DNA of 64,000 bases from Marispirochaeta sp. (GCA_963676835.2 CAXXFF010000002.1:256001-320000); one strand, 5' to 3'. Positions 26,767 through 36,615 are shown, numbered from the stretch's first letter. The notes: a model not told the origin generated them from the sequence alone. Made by a program: numbers and translations.

Positions 26767-27687
26767 CTAATCCTCCAGGGTTGACCAGACTGAAAGATAC
26801 CGTTCCCCCGTGTCGGGGAGTATTACAACAATTCTTTTTCCTGCATTTTCTTTTCTCTGCGCCACCTGTCGGGCTGCAAATACCGCTGCACCGCTGGAAA
26901 TCCCTGCAAGAATCCCCTCCTGCCTGCCGAGAGCAAGGGCAGTCTCCATGGCATCATTATTGGCAACCTGAACCACCTCATCGATAAGTTCGGTATTCAG
27001 CACCCCGGGGATAAACCCGGCTCCGATACCCTGAATCTTATGGGGTCCCGGACTGCCTCCGGAAAGTACCGGCGAGGCCTGGGGCTCAACAGCAACTATC
27101 TTTATCTGCGGGTTATGCTCTTTCAAGGCTCGTCCGGTACCGGTAAGTGTACCTCCGGTACCGACTCCCGCAATCAGAATATCGACACGCCCTTCAGTAT
27201 CCCGCCAGATCTCCTCTGCGGTTGTCCGGCTGTGAACTTCGGGATTGGCCGGATTGTCAAACTGCCAGGGAAGGAAGACCTTCCCCTCGTTCTGCATCTC
27301 ATTTGCCCGGGCAATTGCGCCGGCCATTCCCTTCTCCGGAGGAGTCAGCTCCAACTCGGCACCCAGCATTTTCAGCAGGTTCCGCCGTTCCACCGACATA
27401 CTGGCCGGCATAGTCAGCACCAGCCGGTATCCCCGCTGGGCACAGACAAAGGCCAGACCGATTCCAGTATTACCTGAAGTTGCTTCAACTACAGTAGTAT
27501 CCTTATCCAATAGTCCCTTTTTTTCTGCATCTTCTATCATTGCCAGGGCTATCCTGTCTTTGATACTTCCACAGGGATTAAAAGATTCAAGCTTGGCAAG
27601 GACCTCCGCCCCGCCGCCGATTATCTTTCCCAGTGTAACCAGCGGGGTGTTCCCCACCAGCTCTGTTATGTTCTTAGCTATGGCCAT
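26767..27687 (-). CDS. cysK: Cysteine synthase A
   Basis: [42 protein letters not shown]. Confidence 0.96.
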   Translation of the reverse strand: MAIAKNITELVGNTPLVTLGKIIGGGAEVLAKLESFNPCGSIKDRIALAMIEDAEKKGLLDKDTTVVEATSGNTGIGLAFVCAQRGYRLVLTMPASMSVERRNLLKMLGAELELTPPEKGMAGAIARANEMQNEGKVFLPWQFDNPANPEVHSRTTAEEIWRDTEGRVDILIAGVGTGGTLTGTGRALKEHNPQIKIVAVEPQASPVLSGGSPGPHKIQGIGAGFIPGVLNTELIDEVVQVANNDAMETALALGRQEGILAGISSGAAVFAARQVAQRKENAGKRIVVILPDTGERYLSVWSTLED

Positions 27688-27720
27688 CTGAAAACCTCCA
27701 TACTGCCTGTTAAGCGAAGT

Positions 27721-28152
27721 CTATATGACGAACATGGGAGACTGACTCTCTTCATTGAGAGAACGGTCAGCAAGTTCCCGCAGGCTCACAGAAGAAAGAA
27801 CCTCTGTAACCGCGACAAGAAGCTGATCCCATAGCTCGGTACTCACCTTGAGAGAGCCGGGACTGTTCTGGTCCGGCTTTTCATGGCTGATCAGTTCCCC
27901 CTCAAGGAGCTGAACAATATCCAGAGGAGTAATATCCGACGGATCAACCGCAAGTTCGTATCCTCCCCGGGAGCCCCGCACCGCAGTTATGAAGCCTGCG
28001 CTTTTCAGGGGTATAACCAGCTGTCCGAGATATTTTTCCGACAGCCCCTCACTATCTGCAATCTCTTTCAACAGCCTTGGTCCGGCACCGAAACTGCGGG
28101 CAAGTACTATCACAAATCGCAGCCCGTAACGACTGCGGGTAGAAAGCTTCAT
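27721..28152 (-). CDS. cymR: Rrf2-family regulator, CymR-like (no Cys, C-terminal MFVI)
   Basis: STRSRYGL, SEKYL.Q, RG.RGGY Rrf2 motifs; heads the cysK-metY operon. Confidence 0.8.
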   Translation of the reverse strand: MKLSTRSRYGLRFVIVLARSFGAGPRLLKEIADSEGLSEKYLGQLVIPLKSAGFITAVRGSRGGYELAVDPSDITPLDIVQLLEGELISHEKPDQNSPGSLKVSTELWDQLLVAVTEVLSSVSLRELADRSLNEESQSPMFVI

Positions 28153-28187
28153 ATATTCTCTACCTTTTCCATAGTCTTAGTAATGAA

Positions 28188-28216
28188 ACTATACTTATCC
28201 TGATTTTTTTTGTCAA
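28188..28216 (-). promoter_or_regulatory. sigma70-type promoter of the rrf2-cysK-metY operon
   Basis: Minus strand TTGACA-17-TATAGT. Confidence 0.8.
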
Positions 28217-28337
28217 GTTTAGCCGGCGGGAATTTAAGAAAATCAGAAAAAACTGCGCCTTTTTCAGACACTTTTTCTTTGAATTGAGTATTTTATGATA
28301 AGCTAATATTAAGACTTCTAAGTTCAAGGAGTAAAAG

Positions 28338-29228
28338 ATGAAGAAAACACTACTTATTTCTCTTGCTGTAATAGTGGCATTTACACTGTTCAGCTGCAAG
28401 AAAGAGGCCGCACTTGGGACTGAAGAAAATCCCATAGTATGGTCTTTCGTTCCCTCGGGAGAGATGGAACGGGTCACCTCCGGAGCACAGGCCGTAGCCG
28501 ACCTGCTGCATGAAAAAACCGGATACTACTTTAAAACCAACGTAGCCACAGAGTATGCCGGCGTTATCGAAGCCATGGCCAGCGATCCTGCGGAAGCACA
28601 TATGGCGTCCCTTGCTACCTTCGCCTATGTTCTTGCCGCCGATAGGGGCGTGGCAGATGTAGCTCTCGTTTCCGTACGCTACGGAAGCCCCACCTACAAC
28701 GGACAGATTATTGCCCGGGTAGACAGCGGCATCAGCGAAGTAGCCGATCTCGCAGGCAAAACCTTTGCCCGTCCTGACCCCCTCTCAACCTCAGGCTGGA
28801 TTATCCCCATGCTCACCATGCGTGCAGCCGGTGTTAATCCCGATACCGACCTTAAAGGTATCGTAGACGCCGGAAGCCACGATGCTGTTGTAGCCGCCGT
28901 CCTGAACGGAGATGTGGATGCGGGAGCCTCCTTTGTTGACGCCCGTACCGCCATTGAAAAAGAGTACCCGGAAGTAATGGACGAAGTTGCTGTTATCGCT
29001 GTTACTGCAGATATTCCCAATGACGGTGTACAGTTCATCCCCGGCTTCGATGCCGAAATGAAGGCTAAAATTGTAAAGGCCCTTCTGGAAATTGCAGAAA
29101 CCGAAGATGGAAAAGCAGCCCTGAAAACTGCCTATAACTGGAACGCCCTCGAAGAGCATGACGACTCTTTCTACGATCCTTTCCGTCAGGTTCTGCAGGC
29201 TTCCGGCCTGGCTGTTACAGACCTTTAA
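28338..29228 (+). CDS. phnD: Phosphate/phosphite/phosphonate ABC transporter substrate-binding lipoprotein
   Basis: Lipobox LFSC; D.LSTSGW, GSHDAVV, DVDAG, IPND motifs. Confidence 0.9.
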   Translation: MKKTLLISLAVIVAFTLFSCKKEAALGTEENPIVWSFVPSGEMERVTSGAQAVADLLHEKTGYYFKTNVATEYAGVIEAMASDPAEAHMASLATFAYVLAADRGVADVALVSVRYGSPTYNGQIIARVDSGISEVADLAGKTFARPDPLSTSGWIIPMLTMRAAGVNPDTDLKGIVDAGSHDAVVAAVLNGDVDAGASFVDARTAIEKEYPEVMDEVAVIAVTADIPNDGVQFIPGFDAEMKAKIVKALLEIAETEDGKAALKTAYNWNALEEHDDSFYDPFRQVLQASGLAVTDL

Positions 29229-29268
29229 TCAGTAAAGGCCATCCAAAAACAGATACGAACGTTAAATC

Positions 29269-29303
29269 CTGCTCTTCGGGCCAGCCCTGAAGAGCAGCTT
29301 TTT
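29269..29303 (+). terminator. Hairpin plus T run between phnD and phnC (attenuating terminator or mRNA stabiliser)
   Basis: CTGCTCTTC...GAAGAGCAG followed by CTTTTT. Confidence 0.6.
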
Positions 29304-29315
29304 GTGGAGCAGAGC

Positions 29316-30104
29316 ATGCTTGAATATAAGAATCTTTCAAAAACCTATGACGACGGCACTGAAGCCCTGAAAAATGTCAGTTTTCAGGTTGAGGACGGCG
29401 AGTTCCTGGTAATTATCGGTCTTTCAGGATCCGGGAAATCGACCCTTCTCCGCTGTACCAACCGCCTGGTTGAACCCACCAGCGGCCAGATAATCTGGGA
29501 CGGACAGAATATTGAAACCGCAGGGCAGGACCAGCTGCGTCAGATTCGGCGGAAGATAGGCATGATCTTTCAGCACTTCAACCTGGTAAAACGTTCCTCG
29601 GTACTAACCAACGTACTGTCCGGAAGACTGGGCTATGTATCGCCGTTTAAAACTCTTTTCAGACGTTTCAGACCGAAAGACCGGGAAGACGCATTCAAGG
29701 CAATGGAGATGGTGGGAATCACCGACCAGGCGGCAAAAAGAGCGGATGAACTCTCCGGGGGACAGCAGCAGCGGGTGGGTATAGCCCGGGCGCTCATGCA
29801 GGATCCGAAGATAATTCTTGCCGATGAGCCTGTGGCAAGCCTCGACCCTGTACTGGCTCACACGATTCTGGGTTATCTGGAAAAACTGAATAAAGAGATG
29901 GGCATTACCGTAATCTGCAGCCTTCACTACCTCGATCTGGTGCAGCGTTATGCCACCAGGGTGGTTGGACTGAAAAAGGGAGAAGTAGTCTACCGGGGTA
30001 CCGGAGAAGATATTCGCAACATGACCGATGACGAATTCAAGGAAATCTACGGACAGGATGCCCAGCGGGTCGGCGTGGGATCAGTAATGGGAGGAAAAGC
30101 ATGA
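29316..30104 (+). CDS. phnC: Phosphonate ABC transporter ATP-binding protein
   Basis: GLSGSGKST, NVLSGRLG, LSGGQQQRV, ADEPVASLDP; likely start ATG 29316. Confidence 0.93.
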   Translation: MLEYKNLSKTYDDGTEALKNVSFQVEDGEFLVIIGLSGSGKSTLLRCTNRLVEPTSGQIIWDGQNIETAGQDQLRQIRRKIGMIFQHFNLVKRSSVLTNVLSGRLGYVSPFKTLFRRFRPKDREDAFKAMEMVGITDQAAKRADELSGGQQQRVGIARALMQDPKIILADEPVASLDPVLAHTILGYLEKLNKEMGITVICSLHYLDLVQRYATRVVGLKKGEVVYRGTGEDIRNMTDDEFKEIYGQDAQRVGVGSVMGGKA

Positions 30105-31597
30105 CAAAAAAAGCATCACTTCTTCCTCCATTTATTCATCCTCTGCTTTCGTTTATTCTGCCGGGGCTTGGCCAGATATTTGCCGCCAAACTGCAGCGGG
30201 GACTGCTGATTCTCTTCTCATACCTCACCCTTGTGGGTCTTTTCGCCTGGCGCATACATCTCCTCTCTCACAGGCTTGCCGGCTACGGTGAGAAGTATGC
30301 CAAGGCTTTTTCTCTGGCGCCGGTGTTCATAATCCTGGTTACCGGAGGGCTTCTCCTGCTCTGGATTTGGAATATTCTGGATGCGGCGAAAATTGTCAAA
30401 GGTACAGCCCGTGAGGGGTTGGGTCTTTTTTTCCTTATTCTGGCACTTTTCTTCTTTGTTGGCTGGCAGATAAGCGAAATCAATGTGGTAAAAATGGCCT
30501 CGGAGTTTCCCGATGCCTGGCCGCCGCTTTCAAAAATCCTCTGGCCCTGGAAGGCCGCCTATACCTACGACCAGCGTATTTTAAAAGCCGGTGCGTCAAT
30601 TCTGGTGGATGACACAGAGAATCCCCCGGCCCCGGATATCCGGGAAGAGGGAAAGCCCTATCTTCTGGCAGACCCAACCTATGGAAGAATGAGCACTCTG
30701 GACAGAAACAATAAACCTGTGGCAGGAGATACGGTTCACCTTTCCGGAAGCGGATTCAATGCCGATACGGTAACCCAGATATGGTGGATGGATTCCATCG
30801 GGATGGAGTTCCGTCCCAGGCAGGACGGTCAGTACATTACCGTCACCACCGACAGCAGCGGCAGCTTCGAGTTTGACCTGATTATCCCCTACCGGGTAAC
30901 TCCGCCGAGCGCGGAAGGACAGCAGGTACACCGGGTTGAAGCCCGGCAGTCCTTCCGTGAAGGCGGTGCCAAACCAAGTGAAGCCCTTATGCGGACCATA
31001 TCCCTCATGCTGGAAACCATTTTTATGGGAATGATGGCCACCATATTCGGTATTATTATCTCCATACCCGTCAGTTTTCTGGCGGCCCGCAACCTGATGG
31101 CCGGTTCCTGGGTAACCATGACCTTCTATTTTCTAACCCGAACCATACTGAACATAATCCGCTCAATCGAACCCATGATCTGGGCCCTGATTGCGGTAGT
31201 CTGGGTCGGCCTCGGCCCCTTTGCGGGAATCCTTGCCCTGACCATCCACTCAATAGCCGCCCTGGGAAAACTTTATTCCGAAGCGATTGAAGGCATAGAC
31301 CCTGGCCCCATCGAAGCAATTCAGGCTACAGGAGCAACAAAACTGCAGACCATAGCCTATGCAGTTGTTCCCCAGATGATTCCTCCTTTTGTCTCGTTTA
31401 CCATCTACCGCTGGGATATCAATGTACGGATGTCCACCATTATCGGTATGGTAGGCGGCGGTGGAATCGGCTTTCTGCTGGTACAGTATATAAGGCTCCT
31501 GGATTATCAGTCCGCCGGAATTGCCGTCTGGTTCATTGCGGTAACCGTGGCTATTCTTGATTATGTCAGCGCGGAGATACGCAACCGGTTTATCTGA
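30101..31597 (+). CDS. phnE: Phosphonate ABC transporter permease with extra N-terminal TM helices and a soluble insertion
   Basis: C-terminal RSIEP, GLGPFAG.LAL, GKLYSEAIE, YRWDINVR, GMVGGGGIG. Confidence 0.9.
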   Translation: MTKKASLLPPFIHPLLSFILPGLGQIFAAKLQRGLLILFSYLTLVGLFAWRIHLLSHRLAGYGEKYAKAFSLAPVFIILVTGGLLLLWIWNILDAAKIVKGTAREGLGLFFLILALFFFVGWQISEINVVKMASEFPDAWPPLSKILWPWKAAYTYDQRILKAGASILVDDTENPPAPDIREEGKPYLLADPTYGRMSTLDRNNKPVAGDTVHLSGSGFNADTVTQIWWMDSIGMEFRPRQDGQYITVTTDSSGSFEFDLIIPYRVTPPSAEGQQVHRVEARQSFREGGAKPSEALMRTISLMLETIFMGMMATIFGIIISIPVSFLAARNLMAGSWVTMTFYFLTRTILNIIRSIEPMIWALIAVVWVGLGPFAGILALTIHSIAALGKLYSEAIEGIDPGPIEAIQATGATKLQTIAYAVVPQMIPPFVSFTIYRWDINVRMSTIIGMVGGGGIGFLLVQYIRLLDYQSAGIAVWFIAVTVAILDYVSAEIRNRFI

Positions 31598-31611
31598 TAT
31601 ACTTAAGAATA

Positions 31612-32397
31612 ATGGATCAGAATTTTCTACAGGGAAAAACAGCTATGGTCACAGGCGGAGCCAAACGAATCGGTGCCACCTGTGTACATGCTCTGGCCGA
31701 AGCAGGGGCAAATGTTGTTATTCATTATAATTCCTCCGCAACGGATGCTGAAAAATTGGCGGCGAAGGTACGGGAAAAAGGAATCTCCGCATTCACCGTA
31801 CAGGGAAATCTGCTGAAAGAAGATGAAACCCGCAGAGCCTTCAAAGAGGCTGTAGATACTGCAGGGCCTGTGCATATTCTCATCAATTCCGCCTCTATCT
31901 TCCCCGAAAGCAGTATTGACAGCTTCAGCTGGAAGGAACTCGAGGAGAATGTTCGGGTTAACAGCTGGGCTCCGCTGCTGCTCTCCCGGCTGTTCGCGGA
32001 GCAGGCTATCTTCAGCAGCAGTTCAGCACCGGAAGATCCTTCACAGTGCGGAAATATAATCAATTTTCTTGATTCAAGAATCGTAGATAACGACTACAGA
32101 CACGCAGCCTACCACCTCAGCAAGAGAATGTTTTTTGACATTACCCGCATGCTCAGCCTGGATCTGGCTCCGATAATCAAGGTAAATGCCATCGCCCCCG
32201 GACTGATCCTGCCCCCGGAAGGAGAGCAGGTGGAGTATCTGGAAAAACTGAGCTCTACCAATCCTCTCAATCGCTACGGGAACCTGACAGACATAAGCTC
32301 TTCCCTGCTGTTTCTTATACAGAACAGCTTCATAACCGGGCAGACCCTGTTTGTCGATGGAGGAAGAAGAATGAAAGGAAGTATGTATGGAGTATAG
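31612..32397 (+). CDS. folM: SDR-family pteridine reductase (FolM/PTR1-like)
   Basis: TGGAKRIG (the R is typical of pteridine reductases), YHLSK, VNAIAPG; heads a pterin gene cluster. Confidence 0.8.
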   Translation: MDQNFLQGKTAMVTGGAKRIGATCVHALAEAGANVVIHYNSSATDAEKLAAKVREKGISAFTVQGNLLKEDETRRAFKEAVDTAGPVHILINSASIFPESSIDSFSWKELEENVRVNSWAPLLLSRLFAEQAIFSSSSAPEDPSQCGNIINFLDSRIVDNDYRHAAYHLSKRMFFDITRMLSLDLAPIIKVNAIAPGLILPPEGEQVEYLEKLSSTNPLNRYGNLTDISSSLLFLIQNSFITGQTLFVDGGRRMKGSMYGV

Positions 32398-32785
32398 CAG
32401 ACCGGCGGATAGAATACATATCCGCGAAATCCTTGTACGCTGCCTTATTGGACTCAACCCCGATGAACGGATAAAAAAGCAGGATGTGCTCATTTCCCTC
32501 ACCCTTGAAGGGGATCTGCTGGAAGCAGGCGAAACGGACGATATCAACAAAACCATCGACTACAAATCCCTGAAAAACCGGGTAATCAGCTTTACCGAGG
32601 AAAGTTCCTTTCTGCTCATTGAGCGGCTTGCCCACGAAATCGGCTTTATCTGTCTGCAGCATCCCCGGGTTGAGGCTGTGCTTGTACAGTTAGATAAACC
32701 GGGAGCTCTCAGGTTTGCGAAGAGTGTGGCGGTAGAGGTTTACCGCACCAGGGATAACTACCCCGGGGAAAGATTCAATGGCTGA
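32387..32785 (+). CDS. FolB/FolX family (dihydroneopterin aldolase or dihydroneopterin triphosphate epimerase)
   Basis: IG....ER...Q, IDY, FLLIERLA, KPGALRFAKSV; the last motif is FolX-like. Confidence 0.85.
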   Translation: MEYSRPADRIHIREILVRCLIGLNPDERIKKQDVLISLTLEGDLLEAGETDDINKTIDYKSLKNRVISFTEESSFLLIERLAHEIGFICLQHPRVEAVLVQLDKPGALRFAKSVAVEVYRTRDNYPGERFNG

Positions 32786-33296
32786 AATTTATATATCCGC
32801 AGGCTCCAATATCGAGCCTGAAAAATATTTATCCCTGGGACTGGAACTCCTCTGTGAAAAGCTTGACCTGATAAGAATATCAACCCATTACCGCAACACC
32901 CCTGCCGGTGGACGCAGGCAGCATGACTATGTGAACGGAATATGGCATGTACAATCCCGGCATAGACCCATGAAGATCCGGAAAATTCTCAAAAAAATCG
33001 AGGCAGCCTGCGGCAGGGTCCGCACCGAGGATCCATACAGTTCCCGAACCCTGGATTTAGACCTGATTCTCTGGGACGACCTTATTCTGAATAAAAAAAG
33101 GCTCACCCTGCCCGATCCGGATATTCATGAGCGGGCCTTTATTTTCCAGCCGCTCCTGGAACTGGAGCCGGAGATCCGGATCCCAGGGGACAAGGCTAAT
33201 CTTTCAAAACTGGTTAACCCGGTGAGAGACCTCTACTACTCCCCCATCACCGAAACCCTCACCACCATACAGGACAGGTATAAGGAGAAAAAATGA
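32778..33296 (+). CDS. folK: 2-amino-4-hydroxy-6-hydroxymethyldihydropteridine diphosphokinase
   Basis: GSNI, IE...[21 protein letters not shown]. Confidence 0.9.
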   Translation: MAEIYISAGSNIEPEKYLSLGLELLCEKLDLIRISTHYRNTPAGGRRQHDYVNGIWHVQSRHRPMKIRKILKKIEAACGRVRTEDPYSSRTLDLDLILWDDLILNKKRLTLPDPDIHERAFIFQPLLELEPEIRIPGDKANLSKLVNPVRDLYYSPITETLTTIQDRYKEKK

Positions 33297-33859
33297 ATAC
33301 TGAACGTGTTGCAGAACTGATACGGCTGCTGTTGATAGAACTCGGAGAAGATCCCAACAGGGAAGGCCTGCTGAAAACACCGGAGCGTGCAGCCAAAGCC
33401 TGGGAATACCTTACTTCCGGTTACCGCCGCAATGTGGACGAAGTAATAAACGGGGCGGTATTCGAGTCAGAGGCGAACAACATGATTATTGTCCGGGATA
33501 TAGAAGTATACAGCCTCTGCGAACATCATATGCTGCCCTTCTTCGGCAGAGTTCATATCGGTTATATCGCAAAGGACAAGGTTCTGGGAGTAAGTAAGCT
33601 TGCCCGTATTGCAGATGTCTACGGCCGTAGACTGCAGATTCAGGAGCGTTTTACCCGGCAGATAGCCAAGGCAGTCATGAATGCAACCAATGCTGAGGGT
33701 GTAGGCGTGGTAATGGAAGCAAAACATCTCTGTATGATGATGAGGGGAGTTGAAAAGCAGAATTCCGTCATGACCACATCATCTGTACTGGGAAGCTTTC
33801 ACGATGATGAAGCAACCAGACTCGAATTTCTCCAGCTTATTGGTAAACCAGCAGGCTGA
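33293..33859 (+). CDS. folE: GTP cyclohydrolase I
   Basis: [39 protein letters not shown]. Confidence 0.97.
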   Translation: MNTERVAELIRLLLIELGEDPNREGLLKTPERAAKAWEYLTSGYRRNVDEVINGAVFESEANNMIIVRDIEVYSLCEHHMLPFFGRVHIGYIAKDKVLGVSKLARIADVYGRRLQIQERFTRQIAKAVMNATNAEGVGVVMEAKHLCMMMRGVEKQNSVMTTSSVLGSFHDDEATRLEFLQLIGKPAG

Positions 33860-33873
33860 CAAAACTCAGGATA

Positions 33874-33914
33874 TTGTAATCAATCATTTATGGTGATAGT
33901 ATCACCATAAATGA
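33874..33914 (+). promoter_or_regulatory. Promoter (TTGTAA-17-TAGTAT, extended TG) overlaid by a perfect 15-1-15 palindromic operator at 33884-33914
   Basis: TCATTTATGGTGATA-G-TATCACCATAAATGA is a perfect inverted repeat centred on the -10 box and covering the ATG. Confidence 0.85.
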
Positions 33915-34297
33915 ACACAAACAACCATACTTCACCATCACTTGAAGTATTCAACGAAACAATTCAGATATTCACTCATAACGGCAACTGGCTGCATCCG
34001 CTTTTTGCCCTGGAAGAATTCCTCAGTACCAACGGACCGGTTACCGGGAAATGGCGGCTCCGGGATAAAATAATCGGTAAGGCGGCAGCCATGCTTATTT
34101 TTCGCATGGGATTCAGAACCGTTCATGCCGGGATTATCAGCAAACCGGCGGTTGATTTTCTTCAGGCAAAAGCGGTCCAACTCTCCTGGGATCAGCTGGT
34201 GGATCAGATTCAATGTAAAACTGAAGAACTGTATGCCGACCGGAACGATGTTGATCAGGCATGGACAGAACTGAGAAAACGGGCCGGGCTTGAATGA
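33911..34297 (+). CDS. DUF1893 (TM1506-like) protein
   Basis: L.PL, DKIIGKAAA.L, AGIISKPA...L, C.TEE motifs. Confidence 0.8.
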   Translation: MNTNNHTSPSLEVFNETIQIFTHNGNWLHPLFALEEFLSTNGPVTGKWRLRDKIIGKAAAMLIFRMGFRTVHAGIISKPAVDFLQAKAVQLSWDQLVDQIQCKTEELYADRNDVDQAWTELRKRAGLE

Positions 34298-35049
34298 CAG
34301 ACACTCTTCTCTCTTTTGAAAATGTATCTGTCCGCCGGGGCTCAAGAACGGTCCTCAGGAATCTTACTTTCCAAATCAATCGGGGAGAGCGGATTATTCT
34401 TACCGGGGAAAACGGCTGTGGAAAAACCACCCTGCTAAAAACAGCTCTTGGCTTTCTTCAGCCCGATTCCGGAAACATCTACGCTGTACGGGGAAAGGGC
34501 AGCGACCGCTTTGCCTACCTTCCCCAGTTCTCCCTGCAGGGAGAACTGCCTATCTCAGCCAGGGAAGTTGTTGCCATCGGACTGGTAAACAGCAGACTGT
34601 CAAAAACAGAGATGAACCGGAAAGCGCAAGATCTTCTAAAATCCCTCGACTGCCTGAATCTTGCAGACCGTCCCTTTGCCCAGCTTTCCGGAGGCGAAAA
34701 ACAGAGAGTCTCCCTTGCCCGCTGTCTTGCCCAGGCTCCGGATCTGCTGATTCTGGATGAACCCACTGCCAGTCTCGATCCACAGATGCGCAGCCGCTTT
34801 TATCCCCTGCTTCTGAAGCTGGCGGAGAGCCATAAAACGGCGGTCCTCCTTGTTACCCACGACCTTACCGGCATACCCGCCGAAGGGTGGACCCGCAAGC
34901 GGCTGGCTCAGCAAATAGACGGCACCTTTCTTCAGAAGGAACTTCAGGAGGAACTTCAAGAACACCTTCAAAAGGAGCTTGAAGAGAAAACAGAAAAGAA
35001 AAACAGAGGGGAAAGCACTGTATCGGGAAAGGTAATGCAGAATGCTTGA
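34294..35049 (+). CDS. Metal (Zn/Mn/Co-type) ABC transporter ATP-binding protein
   Basis: GENGCGKTT, AYLPQ, LSGGEKQR, LDEPTASLD. Confidence 0.9.
   Translation: MTDTLLSFENVSVRRGSRTVLRNLTFQINRGERIILTGENGCGKTTLLKTALGFLQPDSGNIYAVRGKGSDRFAYLPQFSLQGELPISAREVVAIGLVNSRLSKTEMNRKAQDLLKSLDCLNLADRPFAQLSGGEKQRVSLARCLAQAPDLLILDEPTASLDPQMRSRFYPLLLKLAESHKTAVLLVTHDLTGIPAEGWTRKRLAQQIDGTFLQKELQEELQEHLQKELEEKTEKKNRGESTVSGKVMQNA
34930..34989 (+). repeat. Imperfect 12-bp tandem repeat (x5) encoding LQKE-LQEE-LQEH-LQKE-LEEK
   Basis: ctt cag aag gaa / ctt cag gag gaa / ctt caa gaa cac / ctt caa aag gag / ctt gaa gag aaa. Confidence 0.8.
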
Positions 35050-35851
35050 GTATCTCGCCCTGCCCCCTATCCAGCGGGGTTTAATGGCCCTGGTCGCCGC
35101 GAGCATAGCCTTTCCTCTTATCGGGGTGTTTGTTATACGCATGAACCTTATAACCCTGCGTTTTATGCTCATGCACGGCGCTCTCCTGGGCAGCGCCCTG
35201 GCCATGGGAATGCACCTGTCCCCTCTTGCCGGCAGCCTCATAGTCAATATTCTGCTGATAATTCTGCTCATCAGTGTAACCGGCAGAGGAGAGTTCCGCA
35301 CCGGGAATACCATTACATTTTTTATGGTTCTCAGCGTAGCCCTGGCGGTGATTGTTATCTATAAGGCAGATGTGCCAGCCAAGGATGCACTCAGTATTCT
35401 CTGGGGAAATCTCTACGCCGTCCGCCCCCTGGAGCTTGGGCTCAATGCGGGGGTCTGTGCCTCTGTTGTTCTTGCGATTATTGCTACCAGACGACGGCTG
35501 ACCGCGGTTCTTTTCAATTACGAAATTGCCACTACCTCAGGCATATCTGCAGAACGGTACCGAAGGATTATCCTCCTAGGAGCCGGCATCGCCATTGCGG
35601 TATCCATGCGTCTGGTAGGAGCCCTGCTGATGGACTCCCTCATTCTGCTCCCAGCCTTTTCCTCCCTGATGATCGCCGGAAGTACCCTGGGTATGTTCAT
35701 GTTTTCCTCCCTGCTGGGTCTTGCGGCAGCGATAGCCGGCTTCTGCCTCTCAATTATCTGGGATATTCCCGTAAGTGCCGGGGTAACCCTTATTTCTGCT
35801 CTCATTTTCGGGACCCTGGTCCTGATCAAATCTTATAGGAGAAACGGATGA
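35042..35851 (+). CDS. Metal ABC transporter permease (ABC-3/ZnuB family)
   Basis: LMHGALLG, LWGN, SMRLVGALL..SLILLPA; highly hydrophobic. Confidence 0.9.
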   Translation: MLEYLALPPIQRGLMALVAASIAFPLIGVFVIRMNLITLRFMLMHGALLGSALAMGMHLSPLAGSLIVNILLIILLISVTGRGEFRTGNTITFFMVLSVALAVIVIYKADVPAKDALSILWGNLYAVRPLELGLNAGVCASVVLAIIATRRRLTAVLFNYEIATTSGISAERYRRIILLGAGIAIAVSMRLVGALLMDSLILLPAFSSLMIAGSTLGMFMFSSLLGLAAAIAGFCLSIIWDIPVSAGVTLISALIFGTLVLIKSYRRNG

Positions 35852-36615
35852 AACGTTTTTATACCCTTATTTTTACCTTTGTTTTTGCCCTTTTATTAAG
35901 CGTATCCCTTTTTGCCGGAGGCTCTTCGGAAAAGGAAGATTCCAGCCCCGTAATAGCCACTACATCGTGGACGGCAGCTTTTGCGGAAGTTGCCGGTGTG
36001 AGCGGCGCCGCTGTACTTGCCCCCTACGACCTGCAGCATCCGCCGGAATATGAAATTACCCCGTCGGACATAAAATCCGTAAGCGAAGCCGACATGATTA
36101 TCTACGCCGGCTACGAAGTAATGATGGAGCGCCTCAAGGAATCCGCCGGAAACGATGCTGTCATGGTACAGATAACTACGGTAAACACCCTTCCGGTTAT
36201 AACCGAATCAGTACACCTCATTGCAGAAGCGGCAGGCACGCAGGAGAAAGCAGAAGCGAACCTGAAAGAAATTCAGGCCTTTTTTGCAGACTGGAAGAAA
36301 GAACTTGCCCCTTATGCAGATGTTCCGGTCATTACCCACTCCTTTCTTGCAGGACTCGCCAAGAGCCTGGGGTTGACCGTTGCTGGAACCTATGGGCCTG
36401 CGCCATTAGAGGCCAAACAGCTTAAAGAGCTTACCGATACCGGCGCCCTGGTGATAATCGACAACTGGCATACAAAGGTAGGCCAGCCCCTAATGGAAAC
36501 CATGCCTGATGCCAAAACTGCGGTACTGATCAACTTTCCCGGCAAGGACGGTACCCGGACGCTTATGGATGTGCTCGAGTACGACCGGGAAGCTATACTT
36601 GCGGCTTTCCGCTGA
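35848..36615 (+). CDS. Metal ABC transporter substrate-binding protein (ZnuA-like)
   Basis: Spirochaete-type signal (LFAGGSSE); HPPEYE.TPSD, ADMIIYAG.E. Confidence 0.82.
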   Translation: MKRFYTLIFTFVFALLLSVSLFAGGSSEKEDSSPVIATTSWTAAFAEVAGVSGAAVLAPYDLQHPPEYEITPSDIKSVSEADMIIYAGYEVMMERLKESAGNDAVMVQITTVNTLPVITESVHLIAEAAGTQEKAEANLKEIQAFFADWKKELAPYADVPVITHSFLAGLAKSLGLTVAGTYGPAPLEAKQLKELTDTGALVIIDNWHTKVGQPLMETMPDAKTAVLINFPGKDGTRTLMDVLEYDREAILAAFR

